The notes under the pieces: model-generated
Seen by the model: only the letters and a program-made list of their open reading frames with translations
Database searches by the model: none
What the model was told of the DNA's origin: nothing
NCBI GenBank assembly: GCA_963756005.1
Contig: CAVWMC010000008.1
Span: 541,125 to 605,124 of the forward strand
Length of the DNA: 64,000 nucleotides
Origin: an uncultured delta proteobacterium
Lineage (GTDB): Bacteria; Desulfobacterota; Binatia; Binatales; Binataceae
Direction: 5' to 3'
Translations under genes and position numbers: made by a program
In this document: piece by piece, positions 31,242 to 41,389 of the stretch
How positions within the stretch are numbered: the first letter of the stretch is position 1
Layout of the letters: every line of letters begins with the position of its first letter

Positions 31242-31811
31242 TCAAGCCAAGAGGCCGGATTCGGTGAGGCGATTTTCCAGCACTGGGATTCTATCGTGGC
31301 CCCAGAATGGTTCGTTGTCGAAGATGAATAGTGGGACGCCGAAGACGTGATCATTCGCGGCTTCGTCCTGGGCGCGCTGGTATGCGACCGCGCCTTCGCC
31401 TGACAGATATTTGCGATAGGCGTCGGCGGACATGCCGAGGTTTGCGATCACATTCGCGACTGCATCAGCATCGTCGGCTTCCAGTTCGCGTTTGAAGAAC
31501 AACTCGTACACCTTGCGGCTGTAGTCGAGCAGGCGGCCTTGCTGCTCTGCGAACAGGCCGCCGATCAGCGCGGGCGTCGTGTCGTACACTTTCAGCGGTC
31601 CGCGAATTACGAGGCCGCGTGGCTTGGCCCATCGGCGCGCGTCGAGATACGAGTAGCGCGCCTTGTGCTCCGAGTAGAGACTGCGCTCGCCCTTGCCCTT
31701 GATGCGAAGCTGGAACGGAATCCATCGGAGGCGAATTTGATATCGCTGCTCAAGCTCGAACGCCGGATCGAATGCGAGGTAAGCAAACGGACTCTTATAG
31801 TCCGAGTACAT
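31242..31811 (-). CDS. DsbA-like thioredoxin-fold protein (2-hydroxychromene-2-carboxylate isomerase family)
   Basis: MYSDYKSPFAYLAF...DARRWAKPRGLVIRGP...HVFGVPLFIFDNEPFWGHDRIPVLE is a typical HCCA isomerase/DsbA family fold. Confidence 0.55.
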   Translation of the reverse strand: MYSDYKSPFAYLAFDPAFELEQRYQIRLRWIPFQLRIKGKGERSLYSEHKARYSYLDARRWAKPRGLVIRGPLKVYDTTPALIGGLFAEQQGRLLDYSRKVYELFFKRELEADDADAVANVIANLGMSADAYRKYLSGEGAVAYQRAQDEAANDHVFGVPLFIFDNEPFWGHDRIPVLENRLTESGLLA

Positions 31812-31841
31812 TTTTACTTCCTTCGCTTGCATGAGAAATCT

Positions 31842-33473
31842 TCAGATCTGATCGATCGGTTTCTGCAGCACGGTCGGATGCACGAATTCGGCGCCGCCAG
31901 TTTCGGGATGATCGATATTGTAGTGCAGGCCGCGCGACTCCCGCCGGCTCATCGCGGAGCGCACGACCAGCTCGGCGACCTTCGCGAGGTTGCGCAACTC
32001 GATCGTGTCGGCGTCGAGCAGATGGTCCCAGTAGTAGCTGTGAATCTCGTCCTTCACCAGCTCGATGCGCCGAAGTGCGCGCTCGAGGCGGCGGTCGCTG
32101 CGCACGATGCCGACGTAGTTCCACATCAGGCGCCGAATCTCGTCCCAGCTCTGTGTGATCATCACGCGCTCCTCGGAGCGAATCGCGCGCCCGGGATCCC
32201 ATTCGGGAAATTCCGGCGGCGCGCCGCCACCCGACGTGACGATTTCGCGCGCCGACGCAAACCCGCGACGGCCCATCACGGCCGCCTCGAGCAGCGAGTT
32301 CGACGCGAGCCGATTGGCGCCATGCAAGCCGGTCATCGCGACTTCGCCGGCCGCGTACAGGCGCGGAATCGAAGTGCGGCCGTCGAGATCGGTCTGCACG
32401 CCGCCGCACATATAGTGAGCCGCGGGCACCACCGGAATCGGGCCCTTGGTCAGGTCGTAGCCAAAGCTCAAGCATCGCTTGAAGATATTCGGGAACCGTT
32501 TTTTGATGAAATCGGCCTCGCGATGGCTCAAATCGAGGTACACGAAGTCGAGACCGTGACGCTTCATTTCGGAATCGATCGCGCGCGCAACCACGTCGCG
32601 CGGCGCCAGCTCGGCGTCGGGATGGTAGCGCTTCATGAAGGCGGTGCCATCGGGCAATTTCAGAATCGCGCCCTCACCGCGCAACGCCTCGGAAATCAGG
32701 AACGACTTGGCCGCGGGATGATACAGGCAGGTCGGATGGAACTGGTAGAACTCGAGATTGGCGACCGCCGCGCCCGCCCGATACGCCATCGCGACGCCGT
32801 CGCCCGACGCGATGTCGGGATTCGTCGTGTAGAGATAGACCTTGCCGGCGCCGCCCGTCGCGAGCATCGTGGCGCGCGAAATCACTTTGCGGATTTCGTG
32901 CGTGTTGCGATCGAGCGCATAGACGCCCCAGCATGCGCCGGGCTTGCCGCCGCTCGGAGTCTCGACCAGCAAGTTGATCGCGACGTGATTTTCGAGCGTG
33001 CGAATATTCGGGCGCGCGGCTGCCGCCGCGGTCAGCGCGCGCATTATTTCGCGGCCGGTCAGGTCCTGCGCATGCAGCACGCGGCGATGGCTATGGCCGC
33101 CTTCCTGGCCGAGGTCGTATTCGAGTTCGTTGTCGTCGGTTCCAGTGTTCTCGACGCGGGTGAAGCGCGTGCCGAGCCGGATCAGCTCGCGCACCGCCTC
33201 GGGACCCTCGCGCACGATGGTTTCGACCGCGGCGCGATCGCACAGGCCGGCGCCCGCGCGCAACGTATCTTCGATATGCGATTCGAACGAGTCATCGACG
33301 CTCCATACGCTCGCGATGCCGCCCTGGGCGTAGGCGGTGTTGGCCTCGGAGCTGCCGGCCTTGGTCAGCACGGTGACGCTGCCGACCTCGGACGCCTTGA
33401 GCGCGAAGGTCAGGCCGGCGATGCCGCCGCCGATTACCAGGAAGTCGCTGAACAGTTGCGCGTTATGCCTCAT
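31842..33473 (-). CDS. nadB: L-aspartate oxidase
   Basis: FAD-binding N-terminus DFLVIGGGIAGLTFALKASE, ...AYAQGGIASV, RSHTVAAEGG-like HRRVLHAQDLTGREI, and a capping domain. 543 aa. Confidence 0.8.
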   Translation of the reverse strand: MRHNAQLFSDFLVIGGGIAGLTFALKASEVGSVTVLTKAGSSEANTAYAQGGIASVWSVDDSFESHIEDTLRAGAGLCDRAAVETIVREGPEAVRELIRLGTRFTRVENTGTDDNELEYDLGQEGGHSHRRVLHAQDLTGREIMRALTAAAAARPNIRTLENHVAINLLVETPSGGKPGACWGVYALDRNTHEIRKVISRATMLATGGAGKVYLYTTNPDIASGDGVAMAYRAGAAVANLEFYQFHPTCLYHPAAKSFLISEALRGEGAILKLPDGTAFMKRYHPDAELAPRDVVARAIDSEMKRHGLDFVYLDLSHREADFIKKRFPNIFKRCLSFGYDLTKGPIPVVPAAHYMCGGVQTDLDGRTSIPRLYAAGEVAMTGLHGANRLASNSLLEAAVMGRRGFASAREIVTSGGGAPPEFPEWDPGRAIRSEERVMITQSWDEIRRLMWNYVGIVRSDRRLERALRRIELVKDEIHSYYWDHLLDADTIELRNLAKVAELVVRSAMSRRESRGLHYNIDHPETGGAEFVHPTVLQKPIDQI

Positions 33474-33639
33474 CAGGTTGGCCTCGTTGTGTCAATTTGA
33501 CGCTACTCGGTCTGCGCGCGGCCAGTCAAGGCGATTGCGCGGTCGCGATTTGCCCCCTCCAGCCGATTCCAATATTCTTGGACGTGCGGATCGAAACGAA
33601 AAAACGCAAGATTCGTCTAGTGGCTGAGGGAAAAATCCC

Positions 33640-34230
33640 GTGCCGATGACGCCGCCAAATATTGTCACGCTGTTCCGGATCGCGACTGCGCCGTTCCTGA
33701 TCTGGATCCTGATGCATACCGGGCCGGAGGCTTCGTGGCTCGCGGCAGGGGTGTTCTTCATCGCGACCATCAGCGATTTTTTCGACGGCTACCTCGCGCG
33801 CAGCTACGACTACGTGACCACGCTCGGCAAGTTTCTCGATCCGATGGCCGACAAGCTGGTCGTCACCACGGCGTTGATCATGCTCGCGGGGATGGCGCGC
33901 GCGCCGCACGTGCCGGCGTGGATGGTGGTGGTGCTGGTGACGCGCGAAATAATGGTGACGGGGCTGCGCGCCGTCGCGGCAGCCGAAGGGCTGATCGTCG
34001 CCGCCGAGGAGCTCGGCAAATACAAGATGTCGCTGCAGGCGATCGCGATTCACGGCCTGCTGATTCATTACACGTACCTGCACGTCGATTTCTTCGCGGC
34101 CGGGATGTTTATCCTGTGGCTGGCGATGGGCGTGAGCGTGTGGTCGGGCGTCGATTACTACGTGCGCGTGGTCAAGGCGCTGCGGCCGAAACCAATCGTG
34201 ACGGCGGCTGGCAAGCGCGCGGCGATTTGA
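33640..34230 (+). CDS. pgsA: CDP-diacylglycerol--glycerol-3-phosphate 3-phosphatidyltransferase
   Basis: CDP-alcohol phosphatidyltransferase motif DFFDGYLARSYDYVTTLGKFLDPMADK and multiple TM helices. Confidence 0.85.
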   Translation: MPMTPPNIVTLFRIATAPFLIWILMHTGPEASWLAAGVFFIATISDFFDGYLARSYDYVTTLGKFLDPMADKLVVTTALIMLAGMARAPHVPAWMVVVLVTREIMVTGLRAVAAAEGLIVAAEELGKYKMSLQAIAIHGLLIHYTYLHVDFFAAGMFILWLAMGVSVWSGVDYYVRVVKALRPKPIVTAAGKRAAI

Positions 34231-34273
34231 CAGCGGTGCTCGCGCCGGATATTCAGATGGATTCGATCTACCG

Positions 34274-34349
34274 TTTCGGAGAGCGGGTGTAGCTCAGTTG
34301 GTAGAGCGCGTGCTTGCCAAGCACGAGGTCGTCGGTTCGAAACCGATCA
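34274..34349 (+). tRNA. tRNA-Gly (GCC)
   Basis: GCGGGTGTAGCTCAGTTGGTAGAGCGCGTGCTTGCCAAGCACGAGGTCGTCGGTTCGAAACCGATCACCCGCTCCA: anticodon loop TTGCCAA, encoded CCA. Close to E. coli tRNA-Gly(GCC). Confidence 0.92.
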
Positions 34350-34623
34350 CCCGCTCCATGTTTTCCTCAAATTTCAGGGTTGCCAGACTTCGATGAATCG
34401 ACAGTCAAACCATCGTAGGTATCCGGATATATCTGACATTCTTGCTCGGAAGGCCGAAGGTCGGAAGAGACTCGCGGCGCTGTCATTCGGCAAGAAGCTT
34501 GAAATCCTTGAGCAAATGAGAGCACGCGTTGCGCCGATTCGTAAGGCGCGCGATGCGCGACGCCAACGCATATCTTCGGCACCAACCGTCTAAGGTGAAT
34601 AGTCGCGCGCGGAGCGCGCCACC

Positions 34624-34884
34624 CTAAGCTCTTCGGGGTCCCACCTTAGATTTGGCATGTAGTTCAAGCATTAGACGAAAGTACTCGATTGCGAGAAATA
34701 CACAGCTACAGACGGTAGCGATAAGCAGTCCCTTAGCGGCGCCCGTCGACCCGGCGACCAGCCAACCTATGACGACAATGCAAAGTACGAATCGCCAGTA
34801 CAGTAGCGCTGCCAAAAGGGCAAAGCCGATTAGAAAGATAGCTGCTAATGCAAGAAGACCCGCTTCAGTGGTTGCAGTGCTCAC
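34624..34884 (-). CDS. small two-TM membrane protein within the tRNA-Gly islet (hypothetical)
   Basis: 86 aa with two strongly hydrophobic helices (LLALAAIFLIGFALLAALLYWRFVLCIVVIGWLVAG; LLIATVCSCVFLAIEYF). Confidence 0.3.
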   Translation of the reverse strand: MSTATTEAGLLALAAIFLIGFALLAALLYWRFVLCIVVIGWLVAGSTGAAKGLLIATVCSCVFLAIEYFRLMLELHAKSKVGPRRA

Positions 34885-35435
34885 TTCGCTAGAAACAGAT
34901 GCCTGAGCTTCGCCCGTCTCTGGGGGTCCTTTGCTGCCCTGAATTTTTCCGCGAAATGCCGGAAACAGAATCTACCTTCATTGGCCAATTCGGCAAAAAA
35001 TGGCGTGGGGCTATCCGGCTCGCACTTCTCGCATCCTATGTATTCATTCGTCAAGTCTGCAGTGAGTTTCATGTTTGCTGCCCCGCTTAGAATACCGCAC
35101 CTTGCAGGACTGATTGAAGAAAAACGCGTCAGTTTCCTGCGGTGTATACGTCGCGTTCCGCGGTGTATATGTCGCGATCTTGCTGCCCACAGGCGATGTA
35201 TCGATCCCGCGTGCCCACCTTCCTAGCCTTCTTCGTGTAAAAACGTGCCATCCGTGGCTCCCGCGGCACGCGCACGCCCGCCTTCTGCATAGCGTTCGTA
35301 GTCGAGCCTGTATCCTTCGAACTTCTCTGATTCCGGTATGAAGGTGCCGTCGCAATATCGCTAGGCGCGACGGGCCCGCGCGACAGCGCCGGCGCATCCT
35401 CGCGGCGATGGCGCGCATCGCCGAGCAAATCGCAC

Positions 35436-35479
35436 GCGTGCTTGCCAAGCACGAGGTCGTCGGTTCGAAACCGATCACC
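35436..35479 (+). repeat. partial tRNA-Gly 3'-half copy (attR-like direct repeat)
   Basis: 44/44 identity to tRNA-Gly positions 34299-34342, then diverges (cacctgc vs cacccgc). Followed by a ~110-bp AT-rich tract (35530-35640). Confidence 0.8.
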
Positions 35480-35646
35480 TGCATCCATGCAAACGCTGGC
35501 AGGCTTGAGTTGCGACGGTTGGGAAGTGGATCATGCACTATGGTGGTAACTGTTTAGAGCTAGAGTGAGTGAAAAGAAAATTAGATGTAGATATATGAAA
35601 AGAAAGATGGAAATAACGGAAGAACAAGGTGAATCAGGACAGCAAC

Positions 35647-35967
35647 TCACACCGGAGGATTTCCCACCGCTGCATGTCCGCCGGGCGTGATCTTCGAGTC
35701 CTTTCGATCCAGCCATCGCACTGATAAGTACGCGCCGATCCACGAGCCTGCTGCGGCGAACACTACGTAGATTGAGTTGCCGGTGTAGCTGATTACTGCG
35801 AACGCCGACAGCAGGTACCATAGCGCGCTCCACGAGGCTGCTCGCGACGGCCTTCGCGCCGTTACTGCGGCGTTGAACATTACGTACACGGCGTCGGTTG
35901 CGGCCGTCGATGCTACGACGCCCGCCGCTATCAGTGGATTCAGGTTGAGCGTCATTGGCTCCTCCAT
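35647..35967 (-). CDS. small membrane protein (hypothetical)
   Basis: 106 aa with three hydrophobic helices (LIAAGVVASTAATDAVYVMFNAAV; WSALWYLLSAFAVISYTG; VVFAAAGSWIGAYLSV). Downstream of the NTF2-like gene. Confidence 0.4.
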   Translation of the reverse strand: MEEPMTLNLNPLIAAGVVASTAATDAVYVMFNAAVTARRPSRAASWSALWYLLSAFAVISYTGNSIYVVFAAAGSWIGAYLSVRWLDRKDSKITPGGHAAVGNPPV

Positions 35968-35979
35968 CTGCGAAAGTTG

Positions 35980-36477
35980 CTAACTTTTCTTCGACGCCTC
36001 GGCGGCTTTGAGGCGGGCGCTCGCGAGCGCGAAGATGCCCCAGTTGCCGGTCTGCCAGGTGAGCGTCAGTTTGCACGCGCGGATTTTCCATCCGGCGGAC
36101 GTGCGCACGAATCGATTCGTGTAGTAGCCGAACATGTTTTGCGTGTGGTCGCCGGTGTCGTTGGGCAGGTAGTGCCGCGCCTGTACGTATGCGATGCAGG
36201 TCGCGTTGTCGCCGGCCACCGTGATGACGTGATTCGTGATCATGTGCTGCGTCGCCTGGAGGCCGCTGAGCGAGCGCCGCGCCGCTTCGGTCCATCGGTC
36301 GGCGCCGACTTTGCGCGGCTCGCCGCCGAAGACTGACGTAAAGTCGGTCTCGATTTCGTCGGTGAAGCATGAGCGGAACAGCGGCCAGTTGCGCGAGTCG
36401 AGCCCGGTCGCATAGCGCAATTGCACGTCGCTGATTTCGGCGCGGTCGAGCAGCAATTGAAGTTTGGCGTCGTCCAT
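35980..36477 (-). CDS. NTF2-like (SnoaL-like) fold protein
   Basis: MDDAKLQLLLDRAEISDVQLRYATGLDSRNWPLFRSCFTDE...GWKIRACKLTLTWQTGN, ~166 aa, consistent with the SnoaL/NTF2-like family. Start chosen at an internal ATG. Confidence 0.5.
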   Translation of the reverse strand: MDDAKLQLLLDRAEISDVQLRYATGLDSRNWPLFRSCFTDEIETDFTSVFGGEPRKVGADRWTEAARRSLSGLQATQHMITNHVITVAGDNATCIAYVQARHYLPNDTGDHTQNMFGYYTNRFVRTSAGWKIRACKLTLTWQTGNWGIFALASARLKAAEASKKS

Positions 36478-36592
36478 GATCACGGTCTCCCTCGGAACGA
36501 ACGTTGCGGAAATTTCACTTCCTGCGTCTATCAACAAACCGCATGCAGTGCGAGAATTTCTTGAAACTACGGCAATTTGAGGCCTCCTTTCC

Positions 36593-38959
36593 ATGTCAGA
36601 ACCGCTTTCCGACCAGCAGCTTTCTCTTATCGACGCGTACTGGCGAGCCTCCAACTACCTGACCGTCGGCCAGATTTACCTGATGGCGAACCCGCTGCTG
36701 CGCGAGCCGCTCCGTCGCGAGCACATCAAGCCGCGCCTGCTTGGCCATTGGGGCACGTCGCCGGGGCAGAATTTTATTTACGTGCATCTCAACCGGCTGA
36801 TTCGCGAGCACGACGCCGACATCATCTATATATCCGGTCCCGGTCACGGCGGCCCGTCGGTCATGTCGCACACTTATCTCGAAGGGACGTACTCCGAGCT
36901 CTATCCGAAGATTTCCGAAGACAGTGAGGGCATGCGCCTGCTGTTCCGCCAATTCTCGACGCCGGGCGGAGTGCCGAGTCATGCGGGTCCGCACGTGCCC
37001 GGCTCGATCAACGAAGGCGGCGAGCTCGGCTATTCGCTGGTGCATGCGTTCGGCGCGGCGTTCGACAATCCCGATCTGATTGTCGCGTGCGTGATCGGCG
37101 ATGGCGAAGCGGAAACCGCGCCGCTCGAAGGCGGATGGAAGGGCGTGCAGTTTCTGAACCCGGTGCGCGACGGCGCCGTGCTGCCGATACTGCATCTTAA
37201 CGGTTACAAAATTTCCGGACCCACCGTATTCGGGCGCGACGCCGACGAGCAGCTCGCGCGCGTGCTCGAAGGGCATGGCTACGAAGTTCACTTTGTCGAA
37301 GGCGATGATCCGCCGAAGATGCATCGCGAGTTCGCGGCGACGCTCGACCAGTGCTACGCGACGATTCGCGCGATTCAGACCGACGCGCGCGAGAACGGGC
37401 TCCGCAAGCGTCCGACCTGGCCGGCGATAGTGCTGCGGTCGCTCAAAGGATGGACCGGGCCGAAGGTCGTCGATGGCGTTCAGATCGAAGGGACCTTCCG
37501 CGCGCATCAGGTGCCGCTGGCGGGCGTGCGGGAAAATCCCGAGCATTTGAAATTGCTCGAACAGTGGATGCGCAGTTACCGGCCCGACGAATTGTTCGAT
37601 GAACGCGGCGCGTTGAAGCCGGAGATTAAGGCAATGGCGCCCAAGGGAACTCGCCGGATGGGCGCGAATCCGCATGCCAATGGCGGAATCCTGACCGTCG
37701 CGCTCGACATCCCGTCGTTCACCAACTATGCCGTGAAGCTCGAGCAACCCGGCAGCGTCAAAGTTGAATCGACGCGGCCCTTCGGCAAGATGCTGCGGGA
37801 CATATTCACGCGCAACGCCAAGCAGCATAACTTTCGCCTGTTCTGCCCCGACGAAACCAACTCGAATCGCCTTGGCGACGTCTTCGAGGTCGAGAATCGA
37901 TGCCTGGTGAGCCGCGTCGAGAGCTACGACGATCACGTCGCGCACGACGGCCGCGTGATGGAAGTCCTGAGCGAGCATTGCCATCAAGGCTGGCTCGAAG
38001 GCTACACGCTGACCGGACGCCACGGCGTGTTCGCGTCGTACGAGGCGTTCGCGATGGTCGTCGATTCGATGGCGACGCAGCACGCGAAGTGGCTGCAGAC
38101 CTGCAAGACCGAATTGCCGTGGCGGCGCCCGGTGCCGTCGCTCAACTACCTGCTCACTTCGACCTGCTGGCGCAACGATCACAACGGCTTCAGCCATCAG
38201 GGTCCCGGCTTTATCGACACGCTGCTGACCAAGCGCGGCATCGTCTCGCGAATCTACTTGCCGCCCGACGCGAACTGCCTGCTGTCGGTCGCCGACCATT
38301 GCCTGCGCAGCCGCGACTACATCAATCTGATCGTCATCGACAAGCAGATGCATCCGGTGTGGCTGGATATCGACGCGGCTCGCGAGCATTGCTCGCGCGG
38401 CGCCTCGGTCTGGCGATGGGCCGGCAATTGCGGTGACGACGAGCCGGATCTTGTGCTCGCATGCGCCGGCGACGTGATGACCGAAGAGGCGGTCGCGGCG
38501 GCGTGGCTGTTCCGCAAGTATCTGCCCCAGATGAAAGTTCGCGTCGTGAACGTCGTCGATTTGATGACGTTGTTCCCGCCCGATCGGCATCCGCACGGTA
38601 TGAGCGAGGACTATTTCGATCAACTGTTCACGCGCGACAAGGACGTCGTCTTCGCCTTTCACGGCTACCCCGGCGAGGTGCATCAGCTGCTGCACGGCCG
38701 CCCCAATCCCGAGCGCTTCCACGTGCGCGGTTATGTCGAAGAAGGGACCACGACCACGCCTTTTGATATGCTGGTGTTGAACCAGGCGAGCCGCTACCAC
38801 CTGTGTATCGAGGGACTGCGGCGCGCGCCGCGTCACCAGGAGCGCGCCCGCGAACTGATCAGGATGACTGAAGACGCGCTCGACGCGCATCGCAAATATA
38901 TCGTCAAGCACCTCGAAGACATGCCCGCGATCACCAACTGGAAATGGACCCCAGATTGA
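36593..38959 (+). CDS. xfp: xylulose-5-phosphate/fructose-6-phosphate phosphoketolase
   Basis: [38 protein letters not shown] and GDGEAETAP are phosphoketolase signature motifs. 788 aa. Confidence 0.95.
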   Translation: MSEPLSDQQLSLIDAYWRASNYLTVGQIYLMANPLLREPLRREHIKPRLLGHWGTSPGQNFIYVHLNRLIREHDADIIYISGPGHGGPSVMSHTYLEGTYSELYPKISEDSEGMRLLFRQFSTPGGVPSHAGPHVPGSINEGGELGYSLVHAFGAAFDNPDLIVACVIGDGEAETAPLEGGWKGVQFLNPVRDGAVLPILHLNGYKISGPTVFGRDADEQLARVLEGHGYEVHFVEGDDPPKMHREFAATLDQCYATIRAIQTDARENGLRKRPTWPAIVLRSLKGWTGPKVVDGVQIEGTFRAHQVPLAGVRENPEHLKLLEQWMRSYRPDELFDERGALKPEIKAMAPKGTRRMGANPHANGGILTVALDIPSFTNYAVKLEQPGSVKVESTRPFGKMLRDIFTRNAKQHNFRLFCPDETNSNRLGDVFEVENRCLVSRVESYDDHVAHDGRVMEVLSEHCHQGWLEGYTLTGRHGVFASYEAFAMVVDSMATQHAKWLQTCKTELPWRRPVPSLNYLLTSTCWRNDHNGFSHQGPGFIDTLLTKRGIVSRIYLPPDANCLLSVADHCLRSRDYINLIVIDKQMHPVWLDIDAAREHCSRGASVWRWAGNCGDDEPDLVLACAGDVMTEEAVAAAWLFRKYLPQMKVRVVNVVDLMTLFPPDRHPHGMSEDYFDQLFTRDKDVVFAFHGYPGEVHQLLHGRPNPERFHVRGYVEEGTTTTPFDMLVLNQASRYHLCIEGLRRAPRHQERARELIRMTEDALDAHRKYIVKHLEDMPAITNWKWTPD

Positions 38960-38963
38960 CCTG

Positions 38964-40625
38964 ATGAAAGTAAGCCCGCTCGCCGGAAAACCTATAGCTC
39001 AGGCGCAGCTTGTCGATGTGCCGCGCTTGATCACTGCCTACTACAGCCTGACGCCCGACGTTGCGATTCCCGCGCAGCGAGTCTCGTTCGGCACTTCGGG
39101 GCATCGCGGGTCCGCGTTCGACACCGCGTTCAACGAGGCGCACATCGTCGCTATCAGCCAGGCGATTTGCCTCTATCGCAAAAGTCAAAATATCAACGGC
39201 CCGCTCTACCTTGGGATGGACACGCATGCGCTCTCAGTGCCGGCGTTCGCCAGCGCGCTCGAAGTGCTGGCCGCCAACGGGGTCGAGACGATGGTCGATA
39301 GCGGCGAGGGCTACACGCCGACGCCGGCTATCTCGCATGCGATCCTGACCTACAATCGCGGGCGCAAGAGCGGGCTCGCCGACGGTATCGTGATCACGCC
39401 GTCGCACAATCCGCCGCCCGACGGCGGCTTCAAGTACAATCCGCCCAACGGCGGGCCGGCGGACACGACGGTCACCAACTGGATTCAGAACACCGCCAAC
39501 GACTTTCTCAAGAACAAGCTCGCCGGCGTGAAGCGCGTTCCGTACGAGCGCGCGCTAAGCGCATCGACGTTGCATAAGCACGATTACATTGCGGCGTACG
39601 TCGGCGACCTCGGCAACGTCGTCGATATGGAGAAGATTCGCAGCGCGGGCGTGCAGCTCGGGATCGATCCGCTCGGCGGCGCGGCCGTGCATTACTGGCC
39701 GGCGGTGATCGACAAATACAAAATCAAGGCGACGGTGGTCAGCGACGTCGTCGATCCGACATTTCGCTTCATGACCGCCGACTGGGACGGCAAGATCAGG
39801 ATGGATTGCTCGTCGCCGTACGCGATGGTGCGGTTGCTCGCGATGCGCGATCGCTTCGACGTCGCGTTCGCCAACGACACCGACGCCGACCGCCATGGAA
39901 TCGTCACGCGCTCGAGCGGCCTGATGAATCCCAATCACTACCTCGCCGTCGCGATCTCGTACCTGTTTCCCAATCGCACGCGCTGGCGCAAAGACGCCGC
40001 CGTCGGCAAGACGGTGGTGAGCAGCAGCATGATCGATCGCGTCACGGCGAGTCTCGAGCGCAAACTGATCGAGACGCCGGTCGGCTTCAAATGGTTCGTG
40101 GACGGGTTGATCGGCGGTTCGGTCGGATTTTGCGGCGAGGAAAGCGCGGGCGGCTCGTTTCTGCGCACCGACGGCACGGTCTGGACGACCGACAAAGACG
40201 GACTCATTCTCGGCCTGCTGGCCGCCGAGATGACCGCGCGCGAGGGACGCGACCCCGGCGCGCTATACAACGACCTGACGAAAAAATTCGGCGCGCCCGC
40301 CTACGAACGTATCGACGCGCCGGCGACACTCGCGCAGAAAGCAATTCTCGCCAAGCTGACGCCTGAACAGTTGAACGACAAAGAGCTCGCGGGCGAGAAA
40401 ATTCTCAATACGATGACCGTCGCGTCCGGCAATGGCGCGGCAATCGGCGGAATCAAGGTCGTCGCGGAGAGCGGATGGTTCGCGGCGCGGCCATCGGGCA
40501 CCGAAGAGGTTTACAAGATTTACGCCGAGAGCTTTAAGGGCGAAGATCACCTGCACCGGATTCAAGCCGAGGCGCAGGAACTGATCGCGCGGGTGTTCAA
40601 GCAGGCCGGCTCGAACAGCCCCTGA
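38964..40625 (+). CDS. pgm: phosphoglucomutase (alpha-D-glucose phosphate-specific)
   Basis: [12 protein letters not shown] (phosphoserine loop TSGHRG), GDADRHGIV (metal-binding), GEESAG sugar-binding loop. 553 aa. Confidence 0.9.
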   Translation: MKVSPLAGKPIAQAQLVDVPRLITAYYSLTPDVAIPAQRVSFGTSGHRGSAFDTAFNEAHIVAISQAICLYRKSQNINGPLYLGMDTHALSVPAFASALEVLAANGVETMVDSGEGYTPTPAISHAILTYNRGRKSGLADGIVITPSHNPPPDGGFKYNPPNGGPADTTVTNWIQNTANDFLKNKLAGVKRVPYERALSASTLHKHDYIAAYVGDLGNVVDMEKIRSAGVQLGIDPLGGAAVHYWPAVIDKYKIKATVVSDVVDPTFRFMTADWDGKIRMDCSSPYAMVRLLAMRDRFDVAFANDTDADRHGIVTRSSGLMNPNHYLAVAISYLFPNRTRWRKDAAVGKTVVSSSMIDRVTASLERKLIETPVGFKWFVDGLIGGSVGFCGEESAGGSFLRTDGTVWTTDKDGLILGLLAAEMTAREGRDPGALYNDLTKKFGAPAYERIDAPATLAQKAILAKLTPEQLNDKELAGEKILNTMTVASGNGAAIGGIKVVAESGWFAARPSGTEEVYKIYAESFKGEDHLHRIQAEAQELIARVFKQAGSNSP

Positions 40626-40643
40626 GGAAGCGGTCCTGGCGCG

Positions 40644-40796
40644 ATGGGCGCGCGGCCCGGCGATCTCGATCCCGGCGTGATCCTGTATCTGCTCGATGAC
40701 ACCATCAGCGCCGCCGCGAGCCGCTGCCGCGTGCGCGTCATCGCAACCAACGAAAACCTGATGGTCGCGCGTCACACGGCCCGCTTGATATTCTGA
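40644..40796 (+). pseudogene. ackA: acetate kinase remnant (50-codon ORF with an internal deletion)
   Basis: Translation MGARPGDLDPGVILYLLDD...RVRVIATNENLMVARHTARLIF. The first half resembles the AckA internal motif MGTRSGDIDPAIIFHL; the second half resembles the AckA C-terminus RVLVIPTNEELVIAQDASRL. About 100 residues between them are missing, and the N-terminal ~280 residues are absent. Confidence 0.6.
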
Positions 40797-40811
40797 GGAG
40801 GGAGAACCGCG

Positions 40812-41378
40812 ATGAAACTTTACTACGCGCCGCAAACGCGGGCACTCAGACCGCTGATCATGCTCGAAGAGCTCGCCGTGCCTTACGAGATTGTGCTGAT
40901 CGATTTCAAAGGCGGCGAACACAAGGGCGCCGAGTATCGAAAGATCCATCCGCACGGACAATTGCCCGCCCTGCAGGACGGCACGCTCACGATGTTCGAG
41001 TCGGCCGCCATCTGCGCCTACCTCGCCGACAAGTTCCCCGACAAGCGGATGGCGCCGGCGCTCGGTACCGTCGATCGCGGGATGTACTACCAGTGGATGT
41101 TCTATGCGGTGGCCGCGTTGGAAGCCTCCAGGCTCGAGAGCGAGCGGATCAAGGAGTGTTTCCTGGTGCTCGATCGCGTGATCGACGGCCACGAATTTAT
41201 CGTGGGCAACATGATTACCGCGGCCGACGTGATGATCGGATCGGGACTGATATGGCTCGACGCGCGTCACCATCTGCTGAACGACTTCCCCGCGCTCGAC
41301 GCCTATGCCAAGCGCATGCTCGCACGACCGTCATTCCAGCGCGCATTCACGCCGCCCGCCGAGACCGCGCAACAGTAA
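40812..41378 (+). CDS. glutathione S-transferase
   Basis: MKLYYAPQTRALRPLIMLEELAVPYEIVLIDFKGGEHKGAEYRKIHPHGQLPALQDGTLTMFESAAICAYLADKF (thioredoxin-like N domain) plus a C-terminal helical domain. GAGGAGGGAG RBS upstream. Confidence 0.8.
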   Translation: MKLYYAPQTRALRPLIMLEELAVPYEIVLIDFKGGEHKGAEYRKIHPHGQLPALQDGTLTMFESAAICAYLADKFPDKRMAPALGTVDRGMYYQWMFYAVAALEASRLESERIKECFLVLDRVIDGHEFIVGNMITAADVMIGSGLIWLDARHHLLNDFPALDAYAKRMLARPSFQRAFTPPAETAQQ

Positions 41379-41389
41379 AATTTCCGAGA

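Larger units (their letters stand above)
34350..35479 (+). mobile_element. remnant integrated islet at tRNA-Gly (no integrase retained), bounded by a 44-bp direct repeat of the tRNA 3' half
   Basis: gcgtgcttgccaagcacgaggtcgtcggttcgaaaccgatcacc occurs at 34299-34342 (within the tRNA) and again at 35436-35479. The intervening DNA is visibly lower in GC and holds only small ORFs. Confidence 0.65.
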
